From: an uncultured Pseudomonadales bacterium
GTDB taxonomy: Bacteria; Patescibacteriota; Microgenomatia; UBA1400; Chazhemtobacteraceae
Assembly (NCBI GenBank): GCA_964618725.1
Contig: CAZUBK010000004.1
Coordinates: 79,485 to 143,484, forward strand
DNA length: 64,000 nucleotides
Direction: 5' to 3'
Positions 9,120 to 19,336 of the stretch are shown here, piece by piece; within the stretch, counting starts at the first letter, position 1, and the number at the start of each line of letters is the position of its first letter. The position numbers and the translations under genes are program-made. The notes under the pieces are model-generated. The model was not told where the DNA came from, did no database searches, and was given only the letters and a program-made list of their open reading frames with translations.

Positions 9120-9950
9120 TCAAGACACTCCTTCTCTTATCACCAACCACCAGAACTTAAATAGCTTTAGCTGTCTCTTCCATCTCCAGGGCTCATCCAC
9201 TAGTCTCCATAGCCACTCTAGCCCCATCCTACCGATCCATACCGGTGGTTGCTTAGCCATACCAGCCATATACCTCAACGCTCCCCCGACTCCCATCCCT
9301 ATCCTTATGTCTAACTTCTCTATATTCTCAAGTAACCATCTCTCCTGCTTACCATGGCCAAAGGCGACAAACAACAAATCCGGCCCAAACCTATTGATTC
9401 CCTCAATCAACTCCATCTTCTCTTGCTCACTCGCTCTTAGTATTTTTCTCGGTCCAGGATTAGCCTTTATATTCATCTCTCCCCATCGTTTTTGTATCTG
9501 CAAGGCCGCCATTGACGCCTCCTCGCCTTCACCACCAAGCAAATATACTTTTAGTCCTTTTCTCGCCGCCACAGCCAATAGGTCCTCCATCAATCCCACT
9601 CCCGTAACTCTCTCTGATATCTTCTGATCTATTTTCCCGGGTCTTAACCAATGCAATAGCCTACTTGCTAGTACGACTCCCATCCCATCTGGTATATTTA
9701 AAGTTGCACTACTCAAAACCTTCCTAAACTCCTCACTCTCAGCCGCCTCCACCAAGATCTCCGAGTTAGGCGTGAAGATCAATCTTTTCTTCATCTTTTC
9801 CTTCTTGCTCTCACCTTTCTCGTCAAGCCACCCAGTCACCAGATCTAGCACTTGTATCCCCGTTCTGCTAGAAACATCCACCCCTAGTATTTGACTGATA
9901 AATCGATTCTTTCCTTTGGTCACTTTAACTCCATCTCTGATCTTAGCCAC
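9120..9950 (-). CDS. WecB/TagA/CpsF family glycosyltransferase (GT26)
   Basis: IFTPNSE, IPDGMGV, ERVTG, LFVAFGHGKQE, GVGGA, GLEWLWRL..EPWRWKR. Confidence 0.95.
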   Translation of the reverse strand: MAKIRDGVKVTKGKNRFISQILGVDVSSRTGIQVLDLVTGWLDEKGESKKEKMKKRLIFTPNSEILVEAAESEEFRKVLSSATLNIPDGMGVVLASRLLHWLRPGKIDQKISERVTGVGLMEDLLAVAARKGLKVYLLGGEGEEASMAALQIQKRWGEMNIKANPGPRKILRASEQEKMELIEGINRFGPDLLFVAFGHGKQERWLLENIEKLDIRIGMGVGGALRYMAGMAKQPPVWIGRMGLEWLWRLVDEPWRWKRQLKLFKFWWLVIREGVS

Positions 9951-11207
9951 TGGTTATGGGACTAACTGGTAATCTCTATCTCTTATTTTACAACTTTCCC
10001 AAGACTTGCATACAACAAAAGTCATTAAGAAAGCCACTAAGGTTCTCCAAGAGATAGCCCTGTAATGCAGAAAGAATCCTATTACCTCTAGTCAGAAACT
10101 ATATTCCTCTTCACATACACTTGCGCCGTATCCAACTTACCAGCAAACGAATACAAAACTGACTCGGTCACTGACCATGATCCTTCTTAAACGCGTCTCA
10201 AACGAGCGTAAATCAATCATAGCCGCTCCCAACACTTACAGATCCTCCCCTCACGTTTTCAAATCGTCTTTTCTTTAATCCTGTAGCATCTGGAGCACCT
10301 ATCCGATAACTGAATCAGAGTGTACCAATTTCACATTATTTTTATTCCTCCCCAAACCAGATCTTTAGTAACTCAATTTCATCAAACTCTCCAATCGGAT
10401 ACCTGAGCACAATCTATTGGGTCTCATTTCACCAACAACTATCTAACCACTCAACCAAATCATCACCAAGACGTAACACCCTTTAATTCTCTCAAACTCC
10501 CTGGCCACAAAAGATTCAAAGTATCTACAAAAAGTATAATTTTTAAAACAACTATCTCCAGCCTAAATCATATCCCTCCAGCTTAACAACAAACTATTAC
10601 TGAGATAATCTTCTTACAACAAAGTAAATCACACCAGTACACTTTCACTTCAATAAAAATACCGCAACCCTCAGCCAGCCCCTTAAAACATAAGTTTCTC
10701 TTCGCTCCCGCTCTTCTAATCTCTCTCATTTCTAAAATTACAACTACTTACATGCACATCAACACAAACTCCCTAACAATACTAAAGCTTATATAATTTA
10801 CTAGCTCCCATCTGATCCCTATAGACTGTTGTACAGTCGATCCTGTCACTATGTGTATCATTCTCACTAACCAGTCAATCATCCAATCCGTAATGAAACC
10901 CTCGTTCCATCCTGTCACCTCGTCAATAGCCCACATTATAGACTATTTTTCTCTCACTACAAATTCCGCAAATAAAAGCTATATTTGATCTCAGTATCTC
11001 TATTGTCACTCTACACTAGTAAGTGACAAACAAACGAGAAAAAGCTGGACTAAACAAACTAAAAGCACGAACTGCAATTACCCGTCTATATCAATCCCAA
11101 CCCCCTGAACTATATCTCGAAAAACACCTCTCGTATTTCCCCAACAAATCTCCTAATCGCTTAACCAAAACTCGATTTGTAAAATATGGAATAAGTTGCC
11201 TTAACTT

Positions 11208-12218
11208 CTATTTCGTACTAACTGATCTCTTGTACATCTCTAGATTCTCTACCACTACTCCTGTACCCTTAGCAACACATAGTATTGAGTCCTCGGCTAT
11301 AAATGCCGGAACATTTGTCTTCGCTGTAAGCAATCTATCAAAGTTGTTAAGTATCGCCGTCCCACCACTCATTACCATTCCTTTATCGATAATGTCACTG
11401 CTCAATTCTGGTGGAACCTCTTCTAATACTCGTCTTACCATCTCAATGATTTTCTCTAAAGGCAGTGTAATCGCTTCAGTGACCTCCGAGGAACTGATCT
11501 CGATCAAACGGGGCAGACCCGTCACTGAGTCCCGTCCTCTGACCTCCATCTTTTCTTCTTTCTTGGTCGGGATCGCACTCCCTATCTTTATCTTTATCTT
11601 CTCCGCCGTCTGATCTCCAATGACCAAATTATTTTTCCTCCTTATATATGAGGCAATCGCCTCATCAATCCTGTTCCCCGCCATCCGGACACTTTTGCTC
11701 ACCACTACCCCGCCCAGTGAAATCACCGCCGCTTCTGCTGTCCCTCCTCCCATGTTCAAGATCATGTTTCCCGTTGCATCGGCAATCGGTATCCCCGCCC
11801 CAATCGCCGCCGCTAGTGGCTCGTCAATAAGATACGCATTTTTGGCTCCCGCGCTCAGTGATGCATCCATCACCGCTCGTCTCTCTACTTGAGTCACTCC
11901 TACCGGCACCGAGACCACCACTTCTGGCCGAAAAAATGCCCCTCGCCCCAACACCTTACTAAGAAAATAACGGATCATTGCCTCGGTTACTCGATAGTCA
12001 GCAATCACTCCGTCTCTCATCGGTCGACTTGCCTTGATGTTGCCCGGAGTCCGTCCCAACATTTCTTTTGCCTCATTTCCTACCGCCAAGACTCGTTCAT
12101 CATCCAAAGAGACAGCTACTACTGTTGGCTCATTGAGCACTATCCCCTGTCCCGCCACATAGACAAGCGAGTTAGCTGTCCCAAGATCAATTCCAATTCT
12201 TTTATTCAAATTAAACAC
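11208..12218 (-). CDS. mreB: Rod shape-determining protein MreB
   Basis: [45 protein letters not shown]. Confidence 0.97.
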   Translation of the reverse strand: MFNLNKRIGIDLGTANSLVYVAGQGIVLNEPTVVAVSLDDERVLAVGNEAKEMLGRTPGNIKASRPMRDGVIADYRVTEAMIRYFLSKVLGRGAFFRPEVVVSVPVGVTQVERRAVMDASLSAGAKNAYLIDEPLAAAIGAGIPIADATGNMILNMGGGTAEAAVISLGGVVVSKSVRMAGNRIDEAIASYIRRKNNLVIGDQTAEKIKIKIGSAIPTKKEEKMEVRGRDSVTGLPRLIEISSSEVTEAITLPLEKIIEMVRRVLEEVPPELSSDIIDKGMVMSGGTAILNNFDRLLTAKTNVPAFIAEDSILCVAKGTGVVVENLEMYKRSVSTK

Positions 12219-12260
12219 AGGCCAAGTCTAACATGACTTTTCTTGATACAATATTACTTG

Positions 12261-13658
12261 ATGTCAATCAAACGCACCCGTCTCCTTCTTTCTATTTTAG
12301 TTGCCATTGCCTTAACCACCGGCACCGTCACCGCCATCTATTTTGCCAAAGGATATCGCCCCAACCTTAAAGGCGGCAAGATCCAAGGCACCGGCCTTCT
12401 CTCCGCCACCTCATATCCTAACTCTGCCCAAGTCTACATCGACGACAAGCTCACCACCGCTACTGATGACACCGTCAATCTTCTTCCTGGCCTCTTTCGC
12501 GTCCGCATCAGCAAAGAAGGCTTCATTTCCTGGGAGAAATCACTCAAGGTGCAAGCCGAACTTGTAGCTACTACCAACGCTCGTCTTTTCCCCGCCGTCC
12601 CCAGTCTCTCCGCGGTGACCTTCTCTGGGGCATATTCACCAGTTCCTTCCCCTGATGGCAAGAAGATTGCCTATCTGGTTAGGAATTCTCAACTTGAAAG
12701 CGATAATGGTCTTTATGTAATGGACATCAACTCCTCTCCCTTTGCCTTTAGTAAAAATCCCCTCCAAATTGCTTCAATCTTAAGACCAGTCGATCAAGAA
12801 AATCTTTCTTTCATTTTTTCCCCTGATTCAAAACAAATCCTCCTCACCTTCCTAGATCCCAAAAGGACAGTTATCATCAGAAGCTACCTGCTTGAACTCG
12901 ATAGACTAACCAACTTAAACTCAACTGCCGACACCACCATCCGTCTTCCCCTCATTTTCTCCCAGTGGGAAGGCCTCCTAACCCAAACCCATTTGCAAAA
13001 CCTTCGACGCCTTCCCCAGTTCATGGAGAATATCGCTTCTTCCTCTGCTGTCAACGTTTTTTTCTCCCCTGATGGGGAAAAAATGCTCTATACCACCACA
13101 ACCGAAGTCGAAATCCCAGTTCGACTAAAAGCTCCCCTGACTTCCATCAACTCCACCCCAGAAGACCGTTCCCTAAAACCCAATCACACCTATGTCTACG
13201 ATATCAAAGAAGATACCAACTATCTCATTTCTTCGCTGAACTCCCAGATTGAAGACCTTGCAAGGAACTCTATTAACTCTGTTTCCTTACTTTCTCCCCT
13301 ATTACCACAACCAACTAAAGACGTTAGCACGCCCGCTGCCAGCAGTATCAGCCCGCTTTTCGATCGTCTCCAAAAAGACCATACCCCACTGGAGACTCTC
13401 CGTCTCTTTGCTCTCTACAGTAACCCCCTCCTAAGTAATAATCCCACTTGGTACCCTACTTCACAGCATCTTATTACCCTCAAAGACAACCAAGTCAGCA
13501 TTTTTGAATATGACAATACCAACTACGCCACGGTTTATTCCGGCCCCTTCGATCCATCCTTCATCGTTCCTTCCCCAAACGGCAACCGCCTTCTTCTTCG
13601 TACCAATCTCAATGCCTCCGATGCCCCCGCCAACCTATACAGTCTCGACTTGAAGTAA
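12261..13658 (+). CDS. PEGA-domain surface protein with TolB/WD40-like repeats
   Basis: N-terminal TM, TGLLSATSYPNSAQVYID..ISKEGF.SWEK (PEGA), repeated SPDGK/FSPD motifs. Confidence 0.85.
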   Translation: MSIKRTRLLLSILVAIALTTGTVTAIYFAKGYRPNLKGGKIQGTGLLSATSYPNSAQVYIDDKLTTATDDTVNLLPGLFRVRISKEGFISWEKSLKVQAELVATTNARLFPAVPSLSAVTFSGAYSPVPSPDGKKIAYLVRNSQLESDNGLYVMDINSSPFAFSKNPLQIASILRPVDQENLSFIFSPDSKQILLTFLDPKRTVIIRSYLLELDRLTNLNSTADTTIRLPLIFSQWEGLLTQTHLQNLRRLPQFMENIASSSAVNVFFSPDGEKMLYTTTTEVEIPVRLKAPLTSINSTPEDRSLKPNHTYVYDIKEDTNYLISSLNSQIEDLARNSINSVSLLSPLLPQPTKDVSTPAASSISPLFDRLQKDHTPLETLRLFALYSNPLLSNNPTWYPTSQHLITLKDNQVSIFEYDNTNYATVYSGPFDPSFIVPSPNGNRLLLRTNLNASDAPANLYSLDLK

Positions 13659-13732
13659 TTAAAGTTAGCCGTTTTCTAAAGAAACGTGATAGAATGTGAG
13701 CCTTCTTTCGCACCTTAATTTAGGAGGCAATT

Positions 13733-14752
13733 TTGAAACTTCGTCACCCCCCAGTGAGCTTTGACAATCCAGAAAGAATCAGGCGCCTACTGGAAGAGAA
13801 AGCCCTTTTGCCCGACGGCATAAGTTATCAAGAAATCCACGAGCGTCTCCCTGATATTGCACAAGAAGAACTTCAACGTGAACTTATCGGAGCCGTCACC
13901 ACATCGCAAAAAACCAACAATGGCCTCATCTTGCGTTACAATGTTCTCAAAGACAAAGTCAGTATTCGCTTCTTCATTATCCCGCAAGGCATCCCCACCC
14001 CCAAAGAGCTGATCGCCCGTATCCAAGGACCTAAGATCATCAGAGATGAATCAACTTGCCGGATCGATTGGACTAGGACACTCCGCTACGCCATGCGCCA
14101 AACTGGAGCCGCAGGCGTCACCATCGACCAATTAGCCATCATCTATGGCCGGTGCCTAATGCTCGACAAGAACCTGCCTGATGAAGGCATTGCCCGCCAA
14201 ACTCTTGCCGGTTACCTCGTCAGCGATCGACGCCACCACCAAGGCATGCAACAAACTAAAGACAAACGCTGGCTGGCTGACTCTCTCTTCGAAGAAACCG
14301 ATCTGGATGAGCAACGAACTGAGAAGTTTCTTGGTTTGAGTACTCTTGCCCGTGTCATTTACTGGCACGGACCAACAGATCTAATCGATCTTGAGAGTCT
14401 TTGTCTCTTCCTCGAAGTCCGAAACCTCTTTCCCGGCGATACTCTTGACCGTGATCAGGTTCGCTTGGCAGTTGAAGAAGTCAAGCAATTTGTCTTCGAG
14501 AAAAGCTTTCAGCCTGAAGTTCAAACGATTCCCTTCGAAGACAACAACAGTAATTATGTCATTGGTCCAGGTCCTCAACCAACTTTTTCACCAGACAAAG
14601 TCATCGGTCCCGGCCTCAAGCCGGATACTTCAAACCCTTCTTTTACCATCCGCCTTACCCCCCCTTTTTATAAGATCCGCCTCACCCAAGTCAATGGCAC
14701 CGTTATCGAACTCCCCATCCTTGACCATATCGATATCGACGTCTTCTCCTAA
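13733..14752 (+). CDS. Hypothetical protein (339 aa)
   Basis: Long ORF, SD AGGAGG before TTG, upstream TAGAAT, downstream hairpin. Confidence 0.75.
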   Translation: MKLRHPPVSFDNPERIRRLLEEKALLPDGISYQEIHERLPDIAQEELQRELIGAVTTSQKTNNGLILRYNVLKDKVSIRFFIIPQGIPTPKELIARIQGPKIIRDESTCRIDWTRTLRYAMRQTGAAGVTIDQLAIIYGRCLMLDKNLPDEGIARQTLAGYLVSDRRHHQGMQQTKDKRWLADSLFEETDLDEQRTEKFLGLSTLARVIYWHGPTDLIDLESLCLFLEVRNLFPGDTLDRDQVRLAVEEVKQFVFEKSFQPEVQTIPFEDNNSNYVIGPGPQPTFSPDKVIGPGLKPDTSNPSFTIRLTPPFYKIRLTQVNGTVIELPILDHIDIDVFS

Positions 14753-14783
14753 GACAGTACAAGTTTCGCACTAAGATAAATCC

Positions 14784-14808
14784 AACCGATCCCACCCAGG
14801 GTCGGTTT
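14784..14808. terminator. Intrinsic terminator between convergent genes
   Basis: AACCGATCC-caccca-GGGTCGGTT. Confidence 0.6.
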
Positions 14809-14812
14809 CTTG

Positions 14813-15286
14813 TTACTCTCCGTCCGCCTGATCTTCCAAGATCTGCTCTATTCTATCTCTATCTACATCTTTAAGCATCTCGGCTAATGTCCCGTCTCCA
14901 CTCAGATCAATCTTTTGCTTCTTTGCCATCAAACTCAGTATTTCCAATGCCTTAGTTATCTCCTTCTCGGTAATCACATCCATTTGTAAATCCACTTCTT
15001 CCCGCAAATCAGCGATCTTTGCCGCCCGGTTTTGCGAAATCAAGACAAAGATAGCTAGAATAATCGCCTCTATCGAAACTACCGTCGTCAACATCACAAA
15101 CGGGTACGGATCAAAAGGCACATTCCCAAGTATACCCGAATTCATCGTCAACCAACCCAAGAACCAGACCACATTAATCGACAAAAACAGGAACGTCCCT
15201 GAGGCTGTCACCACTCTATCCGCCATCCTCTCGGTCACACTTCTCCTCGCATCTGCCTTTGCCTTAAGACTGCGTATCTTGAACAT
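14813..15286 (-). CDS. DUF1003 family membrane protein
   Basis: FDPYPFVML..VVSIEAI.L..FVLISQNR. Confidence 0.92.
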   Translation of the reverse strand: MFKIRSLKAKADARRSVTERMADRVVTASGTFLFLSINVVWFLGWLTMNSGILGNVPFDPYPFVMLTTVVSIEAIILAIFVLISQNRAAKIADLREEVDLQMDVITEKEITKALEILSLMAKKQKIDLSGDGTLAEMLKDVDRDRIEQILEDQADGE

Positions 15287-15321
15287 AAGACCAATATACT
15301 ACATATTCCATTACTCCTTTG

Positions 15322-15392
15322 TCGGGGTGCTGAGAATTGAACTCAATCTACACGCACCCGAAGCGTGCGTACTACCGTCATACTCCACCCCG
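15322..15392 (-). tRNA. tRNA-Pro(CGG)
   Basis: Cloverleaf CGGGGTG...CACGC-TT CGG GT-GCGTG...GTTCAATTC...CACCCCGA. Confidence 0.93.
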
Positions 15393-15413
15393 AGAAACTC
15401 ATTTTATAACAAA

Positions 15414-15520
15414 CAATAGTGAACCCACCAGGCTCACTATTGCTTAGGCTATAACAGGAAGCACAGTAAAACAAGCAAAATAGTCATAAACTATGCTTAG
15501 TGAAGCGAGCAAGCTCTTAC
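15414..15520 (+). repeat. Structured dispersed repeat family A, copy 2
   Basis: Hairpin CAATAGTGA/TCACTATTG + TATAACAGGAAGCACAG-hairpin-GCGAGCAAGCT. Confidence 0.7.
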
Positions 15521-15535
15521 CCTGCCCCTTTCCCC

Positions 15536-15564
15536 TTGACAAATTGGTCCACCTATAGTATACT
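15536..15564 (+). promoter_or_regulatory. Near-consensus sigma-70 promoter
   Basis: TTGACA-17 nt-TATACT. Confidence 0.85.
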
Positions 15565-15570
15565 GACCGC

Positions 15571-15770
15571 CTTCTTAACAAAAAGGATGTTTCAACACGC
15601 TGGGCGCTCGCCCAGGTAAAATCCCAAGGAGACGCCGCGTGAAGACGAAACGACCTCTCTAGGGCACGGGACTGCGTGAGTCCTAAACAGAGTACGCAAC
15701 GCGTCTCTGCACGGCCATACCCCGTGCCCAAAATAACAAATACCCCCAGCTAAAGCCGGGGGTTATTTTT
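15571..15770 (+). ncRNA. Putative structured ncRNA of unknown family
   Basis: Promoter upstream, GC-rich stems (CTGGGCG/CGCCCAG, GGGCACGGG/CCCGTGCCC, GGACT/AGTCC, CAGAG/CTCTG), terminator 15742-15770, only tiny ORFs on +. Confidence 0.55.
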
Positions 15771-15796
15771 GATGGTAAAATATCTCTGTCTACTCC

Positions 15797-15870
15797 GCTC
15801 TTGTAGCTCAACTGGATAGAGCAGGCCCGTCCTAAGGGCAAGGTTGGAGGTTCAAGTCCCCCCAAGAGCA
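15797..15870 (+). tRNA. tRNA-Arg(CCT)
   Basis: GCTCTTG TAGCTCAACTGGATAGAGC...GT CCT AA...GGTTCAAGTCC...CAAGAGCA. Confidence 0.92.
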
Positions 15871-15875
15871 CCTTT

Positions 15876-16343
15876 CTACCTCAAATCCTCATCTGGGTAA
15901 ACCAGCACCTCACTCGCCGACTTGTACTCATGGATCTCCTTGCTCGAAAATACCAGCGCCAATTCCCGCTCGGCTGCCTCTAATGAGTCTGATGCATGAA
16001 TCAAGTTGTAAACCTGACTCATCCCAAAGTCTCCTCTAATCGATCCTGCCTCTGCCTCACGCGCCTTAGTGATCCCAACAATCTTTCTCACTGCTGCTAC
16101 CGCTTCAAGTCCTTCCCATACCATGGCTACCACCGGTGTCCAACCAATATACGCCTTTAAATTTGGGAAGAAACTTTTATCTTTGTGCTCCACATACCAT
16201 TGATCCAGGGTTTCGTCAGAAAGTGCCACCATCTTAAGGCCAATCAATTTCAGCCCCTTACGCTCAAATCTACTCATTATCTCACCCACCAATCCTCGCT
16301 GTAGTCCATCAGGTTTGACCAACACAACAGTTCTTTCCATCAT
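15876..16343 (-). CDS. ndk: Nucleoside diphosphate kinase
   Basis: ERTVVLVKPDGLQRGLVGEI, GSIRGDFG, NLIHASDS. Confidence 0.97.
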   Translation of the reverse strand: MMERTVVLVKPDGLQRGLVGEIMSRFERKGLKLIGLKMVALSDETLDQWYVEHKDKSFFPNLKAYIGWTPVVAMVWEGLEAVAAVRKIVGITKAREAEAGSIRGDFGMSQVYNLIHASDSLEAAERELALVFSSKEIHEYKSASEVLVYPDEDLR

Positions 16344-16496
16344 ATTACCCATTTTACCCCACCTTGATCTCAAAAACCATTCTCCCCAACATGTCTCATT
16401 CGACCCTTGACAAGGAGTAACAAAATAAAATAAAATATAAGATTGTAAGTTCTTTTATATCTTAACTTAGTGCACGAGCACAAAGGAGTTTCTCTC

Positions 16497-16685
16497 ATGA
16501 TGTTCATTCCCTTGTTCGTCATTGGCGTGATGGTGTTGGCACTGGTCATCATCGTCATGACCGCGCCCTTATGGGCCCGTTCAGGTTCTGCTTTGTGGAA
16601 ACTGCTCGGTAACCAGATGAAGGAAGCGGGCGAAACCATTGACGAATCGCTCGCACCCACCAATAGCTCTGAGGAGAAAAATTAA
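16497..16685 (+). CDS. Small membrane protein coupled to SPFH gene
   Basis: SD AAAGGAG, N-terminal TM, stop abuts next ATG. Confidence 0.7.
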   Translation: MMFIPLFVIGVMVLALVIIVMTAPLWARSGSALWKLLGNQMKEAGETIDESLAPTNSSEEKN

Positions 16686-17660
16686 ATGCGCGGTAGCTCA
16701 GTTGCTTTAATCTTTCTGGTTGTTATCGTTGCCTTGGCCGGCTGCGCCGGTCTTCTTTCCGTTCGACGAGTTGACCCCGGCAATGCTGGCGTAATTATCC
16801 ACTACCGAACTGATGGACAAACCGTAGTAGAACCTGTTCCAACCGGTACCATTAAGTTTATCAATATCATTAATCAGCGCTTCGTCGAATACCCCATCTC
16901 CCAGCAGACTCTCACCATGGTTCAGTCAACTGAAGAAGGTGACGTAAAGGGTGATGATTCAGTCAAATGTCAGGATCATAATGGCGTTTTACTGAACATC
17001 GACTCCTCCGTTCTCTGGAAGGTTGATCCCATTCACGTTGGCGATTTATACCTTCTTCGTCCAGGCATGCCTCTGGTAAACAATCCAGGCGCGGACATTA
17101 GCAGTATCATTGTTCGACGCGAGGTGCGCACAGCTATTACGTTAGCGTGTAGCAAATATCGCTATGACGAGATGCTCGGAGATAACCGTTCATCGCTCAA
17201 CAACGACGTTGAACAACTTCTTGCTCCCGAGTTAGCCAAAATGTATATCATTTTGGACTCTGTTCAGATTGCTGAAATCCATCTACCCCAAGAACAACAA
17301 GACGCGATTACCCGTGTCAGCATTGCTCAACAGGCAGCGCGTGAGGCATCGTTCGCCGCCGAAAAGGCCCGCAACGAGGCCGATGCCGCCATTGCCACCG
17401 CTGAAGGACAACGTCAGGTCGCCATTCTTGCCGCCGAAGGTGAAGCGGAATCTATCCGTATCATCAACGAACAATTGGCTCAGTCACCGGACTACATCAA
17501 GTATCTTTATGCCTTAAACTGGGACGGCAAACTACCGACCACCCTCGTCATCACCGACAGTAACGGCAACCCCCTCCTCACTCTGCCTCTGGGCAGCACC
17601 GGAGTTGGAACGACTCCCACCCCTGTCCCTAACGGCGACGATAACGGTGGCGGTCACTAA
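16686..17660 (+). CDS. SPFH/band 7/prohibitin domain protein
   Basis: VDPGNAGV, IDSSVLWKV, coiled-coil AEKARNEA..AEGEAESIRI, WDGKLP. Confidence 0.92.
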   Translation: MRGSSVALIFLVVIVALAGCAGLLSVRRVDPGNAGVIIHYRTDGQTVVEPVPTGTIKFINIINQRFVEYPISQQTLTMVQSTEEGDVKGDDSVKCQDHNGVLLNIDSSVLWKVDPIHVGDLYLLRPGMPLVNNPGADISSIIVRREVRTAITLACSKYRYDEMLGDNRSSLNNDVEQLLAPELAKMYIILDSVQIAEIHLPQEQQDAITRVSIAQQAAREASFAAEKARNEADAAIATAEGQRQVAILAAEGEAESIRIINEQLAQSPDYIKYLYALNWDGKLPTTLVITDSNGNPLLTLPLGSTGVGTTPTPVPNGDDNGGGH

Positions 17661-17672
17661 CAATTCTTCTCT

Positions 17673-17700
17673 GGCGGACCATTTTGGTCCGCCTTTTTTT
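17673..17700 (+). terminator. Intrinsic terminator
   Basis: GGCGGACCA-ttt-TGGTCCGCC + T7. Confidence 0.88.
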
Positions 17701-17767
17701 GTATTTCAAGACTAATGAGACACGTACATCATTGACATGCAATTCATAATGACTTATCATCTTTATT

Positions 17768-18013
17768 ATGTTAACTACATATACCACCATTACACCCAAT
17801 TTCCAGCTTCATATTCCTGTCAGCATCCGTAAGACCATCGGACTCAAAAAACACGGCAAAGCCATCATTAAGGCAGATCAGGGCAACATCGTCATTCAAC
17901 CAATGAAAGAGTCCCCCGTCCTCAAACTTGCAGGAACTCTTAAAGCTTTTAAACCATTAAAAAAGATTGATCTAGATAATATCAGAGACTATATCGATTA
18001 CTCCCGTGCCTAA
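17768..18013 (+). CDS. AbrB/MazE-fold antitoxin (VapB-like)
   Basis: TTITPNFQLHIPVSIRKTIGL..GNIVIQP; overlaps PIN gene; TTGACA-17-TATCAT promoter. Confidence 0.85.
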   Translation: MLTTYTTITPNFQLHIPVSIRKTIGLKKHGKAIIKADQGNIVIQPMKESPVLKLAGTLKAFKPLKKIDLDNIRDYIDYSRA

Positions 18014-18428
18014 GATTCTTATAGACACCAATGTTTGGCTAAGATACCTACTTCAGGATTCTCCCGAACAATACATCCAATGTTTACATATATTTGAACA
18101 AATCGAAATTGGCAGAATACAGCCATACATCTCCAGCATTACTCTTCTCGAAATCGTCTACACCCTCAAAACATTTTACAAGGTTCCGGCAAAAAAGATC
18201 TTTACAATTTTAAAAACCATCCATTTAACTCGTAACCTTACCATTCTCGAAAAAACTGATAGTCAACTCGCAAGCAGAATGTACATTAAGACAGGTGTCA
18301 AATATGCTGACTGTCTAATAGCTAGTCAAATCAAACCAGGCACGACTCTAGTCACATATGACCGTGACTTCCTCAAATTAATACCCAAACAAACAAGTAC
18401 TCCCAAAGATCTTTTGTCTTTAGTTTAG
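18006..18428 (+). CDS. PIN-domain toxin (VapC-like)
   Basis: ILIDTNVWLRY, LLEIVYTL, ADCLI, LVTYDRDF. Confidence 0.9.
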   Translation: MPKILIDTNVWLRYLLQDSPEQYIQCLHIFEQIEIGRIQPYISSITLLEIVYTLKTFYKVPAKKIFTILKTIHLTRNLTILEKTDSQLASRMYIKTGVKYADCLIASQIKPGTTLVTYDRDFLKLIPKQTSTPKDLLSLV

Positions 18429-18451
18429 ATACTTTTGAAAAAATACACTCT

Positions 18452-19312
18452 ATGCGTCGTTACCTTCCCATCCCCGTCATTTTTTTCCTTAGTCTACTAG
18501 CCTTTTTTTCTCTTCGCTCTATTCTCCCATCTCGTACCCCGGCTCCCCTACTACCCACTCCTACGGAAATTGTCCCAACTCCTACTCCAGCTCCGCCAAC
18601 TCCCACCCCTAACCCCCCCCCCCTTACCTTTGATGAAATAAGCGCCTTCTCTGGCCCCTGCACCAGACTCCCCACCCTGATGTATCATCACATTGAACCA
18701 CTCGATCAAGCCGAGGCCGCCAACCACAAATATCTCGCTGTTGCTCCGGAGATCTTCCGAAGTCAACTCCAATATCTCACAAGCAAAGGTTATCGTTTTG
18801 CCTCGATGCAAGAACTTGTCAATTTCTTTAACTCCAATACTCCTGTTCCAGCCAAATCAATTCTCCTTACCTTTGATGACGGCTATGTCGATTTCGCTAC
18901 CTACGCCACTTCCATTCTCAACGAGTTTGGCGCTACTGCCACTCTCTTTCTCTCCACTGGCCTGACCGAGAATCCCAACTACATCTCCTGGAATCAAGCC
19001 CGTTCCTTCCCTTCTACTACTCTCATCGCCAACCACACTTGGTCTCACAAAAACATGCAAAATACGAAAGCCATCGTCGAAAAGGAAATTACCACCGCTG
19101 ATACCCAGCTAGCCGAAGCAGCCTTCAATAATCCTAAGATCTTTGCCTATCCTTATGGCTTTTCTAGTCAAACCGCCATCACCGTCCTGCAAGATTTAGG
19201 CTACCAAGCCGCCTTCACTACTAATCCCGGCTCCATTCTCTGTCGCAAACAACGCTTTCAACTCCCCCGTATCCGCATCGGCAACTCCTCTATGGCCAAC
19301 TACGGCTTCTGA
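18452..19312 (+). CDS. Polysaccharide deacetylase (CE4) with signal/TM and Pro-Thr linker
   Basis: LMYHHI, LTFDDGY, NHTWSH, FAYPYG, LPRIRI. Confidence 0.93.
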   Translation: MRRYLPIPVIFFLSLLAFFSLRSILPSRTPAPLLPTPTEIVPTPTPAPPTPTPNPPPLTFDEISAFSGPCTRLPTLMYHHIEPLDQAEAANHKYLAVAPEIFRSQLQYLTSKGYRFASMQELVNFFNSNTPVPAKSILLTFDDGYVDFATYATSILNEFGATATLFLSTGLTENPNYISWNQARSFPSTTLIANHTWSHKNMQNTKAIVEKEITTADTQLAEAAFNNPKIFAYPYGFSSQTAITVLQDLGYQAAFTTNPGSILCRKQRFQLPRIRIGNSSMANYGF

Positions 19313-19336
19313 CCTAAACCTCTCTTCTTCTCTAAG

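Noticed and set aside
9990-11200. Stop-codon reassignment (code 25) explaining ORF-free gaps
   Set aside because: Conserved genes end normally at TGA (e.g. 19312, comM, rho), and frames read in the gaps give no protein-like sequence even ignoring TGA.
11023-12236. Antisense ORFs over mreB, and similar shadow ORFs over rplL, leuS, the giant genes and others
   Set aside because: Opposite-strand or alternate-frame by-products of skewed codon usage; no motifs or initiation signals.
15628-15650. 16S rRNA fragment (GACGCCGCGTGAAG)
   Set aside because: Similarity limited to about 14 nt with no flanking rRNA homology.
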